55,059 nt of DNA from a virus. Lineage: Duplodnaviria; Caudoviricetes. The stretch is from the IMG/VR virus record IMGVR_UViG_3300047547_000250, positions 1 through 55,059 of that record, one strand, 5' to 3'. Every line of letters begins with the position of its first letter. Position 1 is the stretch's first letter. The translations under genes and the position numbers were made by a program. The notes beneath the pieces are model-generated. The model worked only from the letters and a program-made list of their open reading frames with translations, searched no databases and was not told the DNA's origin. Of the stretch, positions 29,171-38,919 are shown one piece after another.

Positions 29171-31213
29171 ATGTCTATTAGGCCAGATTTTCATACAGAA
29201 CTAGCACAACTATTCCTAGACGATTTATCTTATCAACGAGCAAACTATTATTACTTTGTTGGTAAGATAGATCCATGGGGTAGTGAAGACATTGCTACAT
29301 CAACATCACCAACCTTTGCGTTTAGTGAGGATTTAGCATTGCGCGGAAACATGATGTTCGCAAAGAAAATCGGGGCATCTGATGTCTCCTTGGTATGTAA
29401 ATCCAATGAATGGCGCGCAAACATTGTATACGACATGTGGGATCACACTGTCGATATGTCAAGCAAAACATTTTATGTATTAACTGATGACTTCAGAGTT
29501 TATAAGTGTTTAGATAATGGAAATGGACTTGTTTCTACTATAAAACCAACTGGTACATCTGTTTATCCATTGCGTACTTCGGATGGGTATCTATGGAAGT
29601 ACATGTATACAATTCCTGTATTCAAAAGAAGCAGGTTCGTTAGTAGCACAGGTATTCCAGTACAAAGAGCTCTTACGGATTCGTTTTACAACAACGGTTC
29701 CATTGAGATTGTATCTGTAACAAATGGTGGGTCTGGATACAATGATATCCAGCTTACAAATATTTTCGTAACTGGTTCAACATCAGGTAGTGGTGCAACT
29801 GCAACTGTATCAGCTGTCAACGGTTTGGGTGCTATTACAGCAGTAACTGTTAATAATGGCGGCACAGGATATCTATATGGAGCTAGGTTAGTGGTTACAT
29901 CCACTGGTGGTTCTGGTGCAAAATTAACATTGACTGCTAACGGTTCCGGTGTCATTACTGCAATAACTCCAACAATTGGTGGTACTGGATACCAAGTTGG
30001 TGATGTAGTTGTTATTAGTGTTGGTGGTGCTGTGCTATATCCTGTTGTGTCCAGAGTTACTGGCTCCATAACAGATGTGATTATCAAAGATCCTGGTTAT
30101 GGATACTCATCTACTATTACACTGAACGTACAGGGCTCTGCACAGGACCCTGGTACAGGACTGTATCCTGGAAATTCGACAGCAATTTTAAAAGCAATCA
30201 AATCAGCTGGTTCAATTGCTCGAGTTACTATTGAAGATCCAGGACAAGATTATCCAGCTGATACAGCAACAACTATTACTGTCCAAGGTGATGGAACAGG
30301 TGCAGCATTTAGTCCAGTTGTTGTTGATGGTGTCGTTGTTGGTGTGATCATTGAATCAAAAGGATCTGGGTATACAACAATTGGATTGCAAATTGTAGGT
30401 GAAGGCACGGGTGCAGTTGCAACTGCATATGTTGGTGAATCAGACTTCATCTCTGACCAATCTGTTGTGGAACAAGCTGCTGTTGCTGGTGCAATACATG
30501 CAATAAAGATTACTGCTGGTGGAACTGGATATTCAGCATCACCTGTTGTTACAATTGCAGGGGATGGTACTGGAGCAACTGCAACTGCAACTGTTGTTGG
30601 TGGTGTAATTACTAGAATTGATGTTGATGCACCCGGTGAAGATTATACATATGCAACTGTCACTATTACAGATTCTACTGGTATCAGTGCTGCTGCATAT
30701 GCAATTATGCCGCCTGTTGGTGGCCATGGCAAAGATGCAGTAGACGAACTCTTTGCAAATGCAATTGTATTGAATACTTCACTTAAAGAATCGTTACAAG
30801 ACCAGAATATATCACAATTCTTTAGACAATTTGGTATTATCAGAAACCCATTAATTAATAATTCAACTAATTTTTACCTTCAACAAAGTGAAGTTCTATT
30901 GTATGCAGTTGTGTTTAACAACATAACCGGGCTCCAATTGAATGAAGTATTAAGTAAAAACAATTACAAGTTTAGGGTTGCGGATATTGATGGTACAACG
31001 GTATATCTACAAAACTTGTCACGTGGTACACCTGTAATGACTGGTACATTTACAGCGGATGTAGATCAATTGAGATCTTATACGTCGACATCAATTGTTT
31101 CTACTCCTACAATGAATAAATACAGTGGTAGCATTTTGTATGCAAACAACGTCAACCCATTTACGTTCAATGAAAACCAGGGCATTATTCTAAGAACATT
31201 TATTACATTCTAA
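29171..31213 (+). CDS. Baseplate wedge subunit, T4 gp8-like, with Gly-rich beta-repeat insertion
   Basis: FYVLTDDFRVYKCLDN, DGYLWKYMYTI, GGHGKDAVDEL and FRQFGIIRNP motifs. Confidence 0.88.
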   Translation: MSIRPDFHTELAQLFLDDLSYQRANYYYFVGKIDPWGSEDIATSTSPTFAFSEDLALRGNMMFAKKIGASDVSLVCKSNEWRANIVYDMWDHTVDMSSKTFYVLTDDFRVYKCLDNGNGLVSTIKPTGTSVYPLRTSDGYLWKYMYTIPVFKRSRFVSSTGIPVQRALTDSFYNNGSIEIVSVTNGGSGYNDIQLTNIFVTGSTSGSGATATVSAVNGLGAITAVTVNNGGTGYLYGARLVVTSTGGSGAKLTLTANGSGVITAITPTIGGTGYQVGDVVVISVGGAVLYPVVSRVTGSITDVIIKDPGYGYSSTITLNVQGSAQDPGTGLYPGNSTAILKAIKSAGSIARVTIEDPGQDYPADTATTITVQGDGTGAAFSPVVVDGVVVGVIIESKGSGYTTIGLQIVGEGTGAVATAYVGESDFISDQSVVEQAAVAGAIHAIKITAGGTGYSASPVVTIAGDGTGATATATVVGGVITRIDVDAPGEDYTYATVTITDSTGISAAAYAIMPPVGGHGKDAVDELFANAIVLNTSLKESLQDQNISQFFRQFGIIRNPLINNSTNFYLQQSEVLLYAVVFNNITGLQLNEVLSKNNYKFRVADIDGTTVYLQNLSRGTPVMTGTFTADVDQLRSYTSTSIVSTPTMNKYSGSILYANNVNPFTFNENQGIILRTFITF

Positions 31214-31225
31214 TAGGAACAGAAC

Positions 31226-31522
31226 ATGACGGTTACATTGCGCGTACTTACAAACACAGGTGACACCACAAAAGGAGCACCGCTTTCAAACGCTGAGATT
31301 GATCAAAACTTTATTTCACTTGGTACCAATCCTAAATTCAATGGAAATGAAGGATTGAAGTTGCCAGCTGGTACAACATCTCAACGTGCATCTACACCAC
31401 AAACAGGTGAATTACGTTTTAATACGGAGTTAGGGACTTCAGAAATATACAATGGTGCTGAGTGGACTTCTGTTGGTGGGTCTGATGTGTTTGCAAAAAC
31501 CGTTGCATTGATTGGTCTATAA
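31226..31522 (+). CDS. Short tail-fibre-like adaptor protein
   Basis: KGAPLSNAEIDQNF and LPAGTTSQR.....GELRFNT....EIYNG.EW motifs; TAATG-coupled to the RCC1 array. Confidence 0.65.
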   Translation: MTVTLRVLTNTGDTTKGAPLSNAEIDQNFISLGTNPKFNGNEGLKLPAGTTSQRASTPQTGELRFNTELGTSEIYNGAEWTSVGGSDVFAKTVALIGL

Positions 31523-32868
31523 TGACAGTAAGCAACAAGGTTCTCGTTGATAAAATATCAAATGGTATTGCTGCAGGTCCATCAGCAGAGGATCTTGCTA
31601 CCTTGTTGACTGCGAGAAAAGAGTTGCAATCAATGTTTTTTTCGGTTGCAACAGAAGCAGAGTTGCCTATTGCTAGTGAAAATAAAGGTCGCATGATTTG
31701 GGTCGATTCACTGAAAGGCTATAGATTCAGTGATGGGATTGATTGGGTTAAAAAGTTTCCAACACCAATTAGGTATGAAAATGTTATATGGACTTGGGGT
31801 GGGGGTGCTAATGGCAGACTTGGCGACAATACTACAATAAACAAATCCTCACCCGTATCAGTTGTAGGTGGGTTTACAGACTGGTGTAAAGTAAGCGCTG
31901 GGTGTTTTCACTCAGCTGCTGTTCGTACCAATGGTACCATCTGGACATGGGGTGATAGTTCTGTTGGTCAACTTGGAAACAACACAATTATAGGCAAATC
32001 CTCACCAGTCTCTATAGTAGGTGGGTTTACAGACTGGTGTCAAGTAAGCGCTGGTAACAAACATACAGCTGCTGTACGTACTAATGGTACTATATGGACG
32101 TGGGGTTATGGATTTTTAGGTATACTTGGTGATAACACTATCGCAAATAAATCCTCCCCAGTCTCTGTTTTAGGTGGATTTACGGATTGGTGCCAAGTAA
32201 GCGCAGGTAGTTATCACACAGCTGCTGTGCGTACCAATAGTACCATCTGGACATGGGGTGATAGTTCTGTTGGTCAACTCGGGGATAATACAATTGTATC
32301 AAAATCATCACCAGTCTCAGTAGTCGGTGGATTCACTGACTGGTGTCAAGTGAGCGCTGGTAATCAACACACAGCTGCTGTGCGTACCAATGGTACATTG
32401 TGGGCTTGGGGGTGTGCTGGTACTGGTAGACTTGGTAATAACGATGCTACAGTTAATATATCTTCACCAGTATCTGTAGTCGGTGGATTCACCGACTGGT
32501 GCCAAGTAAGCGCTAGAGGATGTAATACCGCGGCTGTACGCACCAACGGTACATTGTGGTCATGGGGGTGTGGTACTAATGGTCAACTTGGTGATAACAC
32601 TATTGTAAACAAATCATCACCTGTATCAGTTGTTGGTGGATTCACTGACTGGTGTCAAGTTGATGTTGGTAGTAATCACTCAGCGGCTGTTCGTACTAAT
32701 GGTACATTGTGGACTTGGGGTGGTGGTACATATGGTAGACTAGGCGATAACACTATTGTATACAAACCCTCTCCAGTCTCAGTAGCAGGTGGATTTACCG
32801 ACTGGTGTCAAGTGAGTACCATGTTACAAAACACCGTAGCAATTAGAAAAAGACAGATTGGATTCTAA
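31522..32868 (+). CDS. RCC1-repeat 7-blade beta-propeller protein, type A (A1)
   Basis: Seven ~51-aa repeats W.WG....G.LGDNT...KSSPVSVVGGFTDWCQVSAG..H; N-terminal LP...ENKGR.IWV; ends QIGF. Confidence 0.9.
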   Translation: MTVSNKVLVDKISNGIAAGPSAEDLATLLTARKELQSMFFSVATEAELPIASENKGRMIWVDSLKGYRFSDGIDWVKKFPTPIRYENVIWTWGGGANGRLGDNTTINKSSPVSVVGGFTDWCKVSAGCFHSAAVRTNGTIWTWGDSSVGQLGNNTIIGKSSPVSIVGGFTDWCQVSAGNKHTAAVRTNGTIWTWGYGFLGILGDNTIANKSSPVSVLGGFTDWCQVSAGSYHTAAVRTNSTIWTWGDSSVGQLGDNTIVSKSSPVSVVGGFTDWCQVSAGNQHTAAVRTNGTLWAWGCAGTGRLGNNDATVNISSPVSVVGGFTDWCQVSARGCNTAAVRTNGTLWSWGCGTNGQLGDNTIVNKSSPVSVVGGFTDWCQVDVGSNHSAAVRTNGTLWTWGGGTYGRLGDNTIVYKPSPVSVAGGFTDWCQVSTMLQNTVAIRKRQIGF

Positions 32869-34206
32869 ATGGCTCTAAATTTTGGAAAACTTGAGCTAGA
32901 CCTAGCTGCTGTATCAAAAAATCTTACAAAGGCATCTGATAAATTATTGTTCAGTAAGATACTATCGAAGTTGCAAAACGGCTCAGTAACTGTTGTTGGT
33001 TCATTTTCTTTATTGCCTGTACTATCATCTGTGGCTGATGGGTCTTTATATTTTACTGAGAGTGATGGTGCTTTATATGTTGCTGATAGTAGCATATCCA
33101 ATTGGAGATTGTTGAGTAAAACGTATTATGGTGCTATTTGGGGATGGGGCGGAAATGCACGTGGACAACTAGGTGACAACACTATTTTATCAAGATCATC
33201 ACCAATATTAGCAGCTGTCGGATTTACTGATTGGTGTCAAGTAAGTGCTGGTAGCTCTCACACAGCCGCTGTACGCACCAATGGTACATTGTGGGCTTGG
33301 GGGTGTGCTGGTACTGGCAGACTCGGTGATAATACCGCTACAGACAAATCCTCCCCAGTATCAGTCGTAGGTGGATTCACCGACTGGTGTCAAGTAAGTG
33401 GTGGAACAAGCCATACAGCTGCTGTTCGTACTAATGGTACATTGTGGGCTTGGGGTAATAATCTTAGTGGTAGACTTGGTGACAATACTATTACATCTAA
33501 ATCATCTCCAGTCTCAGTTGTAGGTGGATTTACAGATTGGTGCCAAGTAAGCGTTAGTGTTACTCATGCTATATCCGTTAGAACGAATTGTACTATATGG
33601 GCTTGGGGGGATAATACAGCTGGAATTCTTGGTGACAATACCATTGTATCTAAATCCTCACCAGTCTCCGTAGTCGGTGGATTTACAGACTGGTGCCAAG
33701 TTAGTGCTGGTAATGTACACACAGCGGCTGTTCGTACTAATGGTACTATTTGGGGTTGGGGCTGCAATACTAGTGGTAGAATTGGTGACAATACTACAGT
33801 AAACAAATCCTCACCAGTCTCAGTTGTAGGTGGATTCACTGACTGGTGCCAAGTGAGTGCTGGTTATAACACTGCTGCTATTCGTACCAACGGTACTATT
33901 TGGGCTTGGGGTCCTGGTATATGTGGTATGCTTGGTGACAATACTACAGTAAACAAATCCTCCCCGGTATCAGTAGTCGGTGGATTTACAGACTGGTGCC
34001 AGGTAAGCGTTGGATGTTCACACACATCTGCTGTGCGTACCAATGGTACTATTTGGAGTTGGGGGTGCAACAGTTATGGTGCTCTTGGCAATAATGATAT
34101 TGTATCAAGGTCCTCACCAGTCTCAGTCGTAGGTGGATTTACTAATTGGAAACAAGTAAGCGCATCAAACAACACAACTTTAGCACTTCAAGTAAAATCA
34201 GTATAA
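32869..34206 (+). CDS. RCC1-repeat beta-propeller protein, type B (B1)
   Basis: Same repeat; N-terminus MALNF..LE...FS.LP.LSSV..GSLYF. Confidence 0.9.
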   Translation: MALNFGKLELDLAAVSKNLTKASDKLLFSKILSKLQNGSVTVVGSFSLLPVLSSVADGSLYFTESDGALYVADSSISNWRLLSKTYYGAIWGWGGNARGQLGDNTILSRSSPILAAVGFTDWCQVSAGSSHTAAVRTNGTLWAWGCAGTGRLGDNTATDKSSPVSVVGGFTDWCQVSGGTSHTAAVRTNGTLWAWGNNLSGRLGDNTITSKSSPVSVVGGFTDWCQVSVSVTHAISVRTNCTIWAWGDNTAGILGDNTIVSKSSPVSVVGGFTDWCQVSAGNVHTAAVRTNGTIWGWGCNTSGRIGDNTTVNKSSPVSVVGGFTDWCQVSAGYNTAAIRTNGTIWAWGPGICGMLGDNTTVNKSSPVSVVGGFTDWCQVSVGCSHTSAVRTNGTIWSWGCNSYGALGNNDIVSRSSPVSVVGGFTNWKQVSASNNTTLALQVKSV

Positions 34207-34209
34207 ATA
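34202..34209 (+). promoter_or_regulatory. T4 late promoter consensus TATAAATA
   Basis: Exact TATAAATA followed by a TAAGGAG RBS and ATG 34228. Confidence 0.7.
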
Positions 34210-34227
34210 TAAGATTAAGGAGTTCAT

Positions 34228-34851
34228 ATGTTCGTTTTAGTACACAACGGTAGAGTTTTAGTTGGTCCAATGGGTTGGAACCGTGCCATGTTTGATGGTA
34301 ATCTTGAGAAATTGAAAATTCAATTTACGTTACCACGTGCAGAGCCAGATGTTTTACCATTAGTAATCAATGAAAACACTGTAATCAAACGAGTAGATTT
34401 TGATTATCCAGTATACAATCCAAAGATTCAATATCTAGAAGGTCCATATTGGGATCATACGCAAACTAATTCTAGAGCGTTTTACGAAGTAAAACCACAA
34501 CCTATTGAGTCAGTCAAGGCAAATTTGAAACAAATTGTTGCTGAGAATCGTTGGAAAAAAGAAGTTGCTGGTACAAAAACAACTATACAAGGAGTTGAAG
34601 TAACTGTTGATACTGCTCGTGGTTCACGTGACATATTTGTTCAAAAGTATCTACTGTTGCCTGAAAATGGAACTGTTGGCTGGAAATTTCCTGAGTGTTG
34701 GATGACTCTAACTAAAGCTGAGTTAGGTGCAGCAGTATCAGCTGGTGCATCGCATGTTGAAAATGCATTCATTTGGGAAGCAACTAAAGCTAATTTGATT
34801 GATTTTAGTGATACACTAGAGCAACTGAACGTTATCAATCTTGAAGAGTAA
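34228..34851 (+). CDS. DUF4376-like tail fibre assembly/accessory protein
   Basis: RW.KE.AG, TD/DT..S, WK....W..LT..EL and HV...F.WE pattern. Confidence 0.75.
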   Translation: MFVLVHNGRVLVGPMGWNRAMFDGNLEKLKIQFTLPRAEPDVLPLVINENTVIKRVDFDYPVYNPKIQYLEGPYWDHTQTNSRAFYEVKPQPIESVKANLKQIVAENRWKKEVAGTKTTIQGVEVTVDTARGSRDIFVQKYLLLPENGTVGWKFPECWMTLTKAELGAAVSAGASHVENAFIWEATKANLIDFSDTLEQLNVINLEE

Positions 34852-34859
34852 ATATCAGT

Positions 34860-36230
34860 ATGGCTGATATTAATCAAGAAGTTCTACGTCGAATGGTGTC
34901 CACTAAGTTGGGCACTGTTTCAGTGTCTTCTGATTCGTCTGACTTTTTAATAACTCAGGCTGCAAATATTTTAGAACCAACGAACAGAGAATTTTTTGTT
35001 GCAACTGCTAATGATCTACCCGATCTATATTTGAAAAAAATACCCAATGGTACCATTGTATATGTTGACTCACTTGGAACTCAATTAGTTTCAAACAATG
35101 AAAAATGGTATGGTTTAGATGGTAGGTTGTTTAGAGATGATGCTCCTAGTAGAACGATTTGGGCTTGGGGGTGCAATGCTTCTGGTCAACTTAGTGACAA
35201 TACTATTGTAGCAAAATCATCTCCAGTCTCAGTAGTCGGTGGATTCACTGACTGGTGTCAGGTAAGCGCTGGATTGAACTGGTCAGCTGCTGTACGTAGC
35301 AATGGTACTATTTGGAGTTGGGGGTGTAACACATATGGTAGACTTGGTGACAATACTATTGTAGACAAATCCTCACCAGTCTCAGTAGTCGGTGGATTTA
35401 CAGATTGGTGTCAGGTTGATTCTGGACGATACCATTCAATTGCAATACGTACCAGTGGTACATTATGGGCATGGGGACGAGGTAGTGTTGGTAGACTAGG
35501 TGATAATTCAACTACAAGCAAATCCTCACCAGTATCAGTAGTCGGTGGATTCACTGACTGGTGTCAGGTAAGCGCTGGCAATCAACACACAGCTGCTGTA
35601 CGTAGCAATGGTACTATTTGGAGTTGGGGATATGGGTGTAATGGTAGACTTGGAGACAATACTATTGTAGACAAATCCTCACCAGTATCAGTAGTCGGTG
35701 GATTTACAGACTGGTGTCAAGTAAGCGCTGGGTGCGTGCACTCAGCTGCTGTGCGTACCAATGGTACTGTTTGGGCTTGGGGTATCGGTGTAGATGGTAG
35801 ACTTGGAGACAATACTATTGTAGCAAAATCATCTCCAGTCTCAGTCGTAGGTGGATTTACAGATTGGTGCCAAGTAAGCGCTGGTGATGCACACACAGCT
35901 GCTGTTCGTATCAATGGTACTATTTGGAGTTGGGGTAGTAATATATGCAGCAGACTTGGTGATAATACTATTGTAGACAAATCCTCCCCAGTATCTGTAG
36001 TCGGTGGATTTACAGATTGGTGTCAAGTGAGTGTTGGTAATGCACACTCAACCGCTGTACGTACCAATGGTACTATATGGTCTTGGGGTAGTGGTAGTAG
36101 TGGTAAACTAGGTGATAATACTATTGTAGACAAATCCTCACCAATCTCAGTAGTCGGTGGATTTACAGACTGGTGCCAAGTGGGTGCTGGTGTATATCAC
36201 ACCGCTGCATTAAGAATAACAAATATATGA
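34860..36230 (+). CDS. RCC1-repeat beta-propeller protein, type C (C1)
   Basis: Same repeat; N-terminus VATANDLPDL....IPNGTIVYV...DGR..RDD. Confidence 0.9.
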   Translation: MADINQEVLRRMVSTKLGTVSVSSDSSDFLITQAANILEPTNREFFVATANDLPDLYLKKIPNGTIVYVDSLGTQLVSNNEKWYGLDGRLFRDDAPSRTIWAWGCNASGQLSDNTIVAKSSPVSVVGGFTDWCQVSAGLNWSAAVRSNGTIWSWGCNTYGRLGDNTIVDKSSPVSVVGGFTDWCQVDSGRYHSIAIRTSGTLWAWGRGSVGRLGDNSTTSKSSPVSVVGGFTDWCQVSAGNQHTAAVRSNGTIWSWGYGCNGRLGDNTIVDKSSPVSVVGGFTDWCQVSAGCVHSAAVRTNGTVWAWGIGVDGRLGDNTIVAKSSPVSVVGGFTDWCQVSAGDAHTAAVRINGTIWSWGSNICSRLGDNTIVDKSSPVSVVGGFTDWCQVSVGNAHSTAVRTNGTIWSWGSGSSGKLGDNTIVDKSSPISVVGGFTDWCQVGAGVYHTAALRITNI

Positions 36231-37576
36231 CAGTAAGTATTCAACCACTATACGACATAATCAACAATAAAGTAGCATTACCTGCTACTAAACCTGTTGA
36301 ATTAATGCAACTGTCTGAAGCAGCAAAGATGCTTGATAGTATTGTGTATCGTGTTGCTAACTTAGCAGCACTTCCACCGGCGGCTGAAAACAAAGGTAGA
36401 TTGATTTGGGTTGATGATATCCAGAACTATCGATACAGCAATGGTACAACTTGGAGTATTGAATACAATAGTACACAAGTTATTAATAATGATATATGGA
36501 CTTGGGGTAATAATACCTCTGGTAGACTTGGTGACAATACCATTGCAGACAAATCCTCCCCAGTATCAGTCGTAGGTGGATTCACTGATTGGTCCCAAGT
36601 GAGCGCTGGTTGTCAACACACAGCTGCTGTACGTACTAACGGTACTATTTGGACTTGGGGTAACAATGCTTCTGGTAGACTTGGTGATAACACTATTGCA
36701 GACAAATCATCCCCAGTCTCAGTTGTGGGTGGGTTTACAGACTGGTGCCAAGTGGGTGCTGGATGCGCACACACAGCTGCTGTTCGTACCAATGGTACTA
36801 TTTGGAGCTGGGGCATTAATACCAGTGGTAGACTTGGTAACAATGCTATTGTAACTAGATCATCCCCAGTCTCAGTTGTCGGTGGATTCACTGACTGGTG
36901 CCAGGTAAGCGCTGGTGATTATCACACTGCTGCTGTACGTACCAATGGTACTATTTGGACTTGGGGGTATAATAACTCTGGTAGACTTGGTGATAACACT
37001 ATTGCAGACAAATCATCCCCGGTCTCTGTAGTTGGTGGATTCACTGATTGGTGCCAAGTGAGTGCTGGATATTCACACACAGCTGCTGTACGTACCAATG
37101 GTACTATTTGGAGTTGGGGTGTTAATGCTGCAGGTAAACTTGGTGATGGTACAGTTGCAGCAAGCTCATCCCCAGTCTCAGTTGTGGGTGGATTCACTGA
37201 CTGGTGCCAAGTAAGCGCTAGCAGTGGTCATACAGTTGCTGTTCGTACCAATGGTACTATTTGGAGTTGGGGGTTCAATGGTTCTGGTAGACTAGGGAAC
37301 AACGCAGTTGCAGCAAGCTCATCCCCAGTCTCAGTTGTGGGTGGATTCACTGACTGGTGCCAAGTAAGCGCTAGCAGTGGTCATACAGTTGCTGTTCGTA
37401 CCAATGGTACTATTTGGAGTTGGGGGTGTGGTAGTTCAGGTCAACTTGGTGACAATACCATTGCAGACAAATCCTCCCCAGTATCAGTCGTAGGTGGATT
37501 CACTGATTGGTCCCAAGTGAGCGCTAGTGGTCTGATTGCGATCGCAATCAGAACATATTCAGCTAAAGGTTTCTAA
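36227..37576 (+). CDS. RCC1-repeat beta-propeller protein, type A (A2)
   Basis: Start revised to the ATGA overlap at 36227 (MTVS...); LP.AAENKGRLIWV; ends KGF. Confidence 0.9.
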   Translation: MTVSIQPLYDIINNKVALPATKPVELMQLSEAAKMLDSIVYRVANLAALPPAAENKGRLIWVDDIQNYRYSNGTTWSIEYNSTQVINNDIWTWGNNTSGRLGDNTIADKSSPVSVVGGFTDWSQVSAGCQHTAAVRTNGTIWTWGNNASGRLGDNTIADKSSPVSVVGGFTDWCQVGAGCAHTAAVRTNGTIWSWGINTSGRLGNNAIVTRSSPVSVVGGFTDWCQVSAGDYHTAAVRTNGTIWTWGYNNSGRLGDNTIADKSSPVSVVGGFTDWCQVSAGYSHTAAVRTNGTIWSWGVNAAGKLGDGTVAASSSPVSVVGGFTDWCQVSASSGHTVAVRTNGTIWSWGFNGSGRLGNNAVAASSSPVSVVGGFTDWCQVSASSGHTVAVRTNGTIWSWGCGSSGQLGDNTIADKSSPVSVVGGFTDWSQVSASGLIAIAIRTYSAKGF

Positions 37577-38919
37577 TGTCATTCAATTTTACTAATTTAG
37601 AAATGGCATTATCTGAGAAGATGTCTTCAGGTACGTCATATGATCTTTTGTTGTATACAAAAGCATTGAAATTTTTGTCTCAAAATCTTGTATCTACTGT
37701 AAGACAATTTTCAGATCTACCAACATTAAGTTCAGTCACTGAAGGTAGTTTGTATTTGGTTGAAACTGAGAACGTAGTGTACGTTGCAGATAAAACAACG
37801 TATGGTGGATTCTGGAAGCCAATTAAAACTGACTACAGTAGCAAGGTTTGGACATGGGGTAGTAATGCATGTGGTCAACTCGGTAATAATACTGTTGTAG
37901 CACTATCATCCCCTGTATCAGTTGTAGGTTCTTTTACTGACTGGTGTCAAGTAAGTGCCGGTTGTCGTATGACTGTTGCTGTACGTTCTAATGGTACTAT
38001 TTGGACTTGGGGTTGTAACAATGGTGGTGAGCTCGGTGATAACACCATTGTATCTAAGTCATCACCAGTCTCAGTCGTAGGTGGATTTACAGATTGGTGT
38101 CAAGTAAGTGCTAGTGAACATACAACTGCTGGTGTACGTAGTAATAGTACATTATGGACTTGGGGCACCAATGCTGCTGGTAAACTCGGTGATAATACTA
38201 CATTAAACAAATCCTCACCAATCTCCGTAGTAGGTGGATTTACTGACTGGTGTCAAGTAAGCGCTGGAATTATACATACAATGGCAGTAAGATCCAATGG
38301 TACTATTTGGAGTTGGGGGTGCGGTGCATGTGGATTGTTAGGTAACAATTCTACTGTTAATAGATCATCTCCAGTCTCAGTAGTCGGTGGATTCACTGAC
38401 TGGTGCCAAGTAAGTGCTGGTACTGGACATACAGTCGCTGTGCGTACAAATGGTACTATTTGGAGTTGGGGTTGTGCAACTAACGGTAGACTTGGTGACA
38501 ATACTACAGCGTGTAAATCTTCTCCAGTCTCAGTAGTCGGTGGATTCACTGACTGGTGCCAAGTAAGCGCCGGTGATATACATTCCGCTGCTGTACGCAC
38601 TAATGGTACTGTGTGGACTTGGGGTCAAAATCCAGCTGGTCAACTTGGTGACAATACTATTGCTAACAAATCCTCTCCAGTCTCAGTAGTTGGTGGATTT
38701 ACAGACTGGTGTCAAGTAAGTGCAATTTACAGACACACAGCGGCTGTGCGTACCAATGGTACTATTTGGACTTGGGGAAGTAGTACGGCCGGTCAACTTG
38801 GCGACAATACTACAATAAACAAATCCTCTCCAGTCTCTGTCGTAGGTGGATTTACTGACTGGTGTCAAGTAAGCACTGGTAGCTTACATACAGTCGCAAT
38901 TCAAAAGAAAGTACATTAA
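37576..38919 (+). CDS. RCC1-repeat beta-propeller protein, type B (B2)
   Basis: MSFNF..LE...FSDLPTLSSVTEGSLYL N-terminus. Confidence 0.9.
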   Translation: MSFNFTNLEMALSEKMSSGTSYDLLLYTKALKFLSQNLVSTVRQFSDLPTLSSVTEGSLYLVETENVVYVADKTTYGGFWKPIKTDYSSKVWTWGSNACGQLGNNTVVALSSPVSVVGSFTDWCQVSAGCRMTVAVRSNGTIWTWGCNNGGELGDNTIVSKSSPVSVVGGFTDWCQVSASEHTTAGVRSNSTLWTWGTNAAGKLGDNTTLNKSSPISVVGGFTDWCQVSAGIIHTMAVRSNGTIWSWGCGACGLLGNNSTVNRSSPVSVVGGFTDWCQVSAGTGHTVAVRTNGTIWSWGCATNGRLGDNTTACKSSPVSVVGGFTDWCQVSAGDIHSAAVRTNGTVWTWGQNPAGQLGDNTIANKSSPVSVVGGFTDWCQVSAIYRHTAAVRTNGTIWTWGSSTAGQLGDNTTINKSSPVSVVGGFTDWCQVSTGSLHTVAIQKKVH

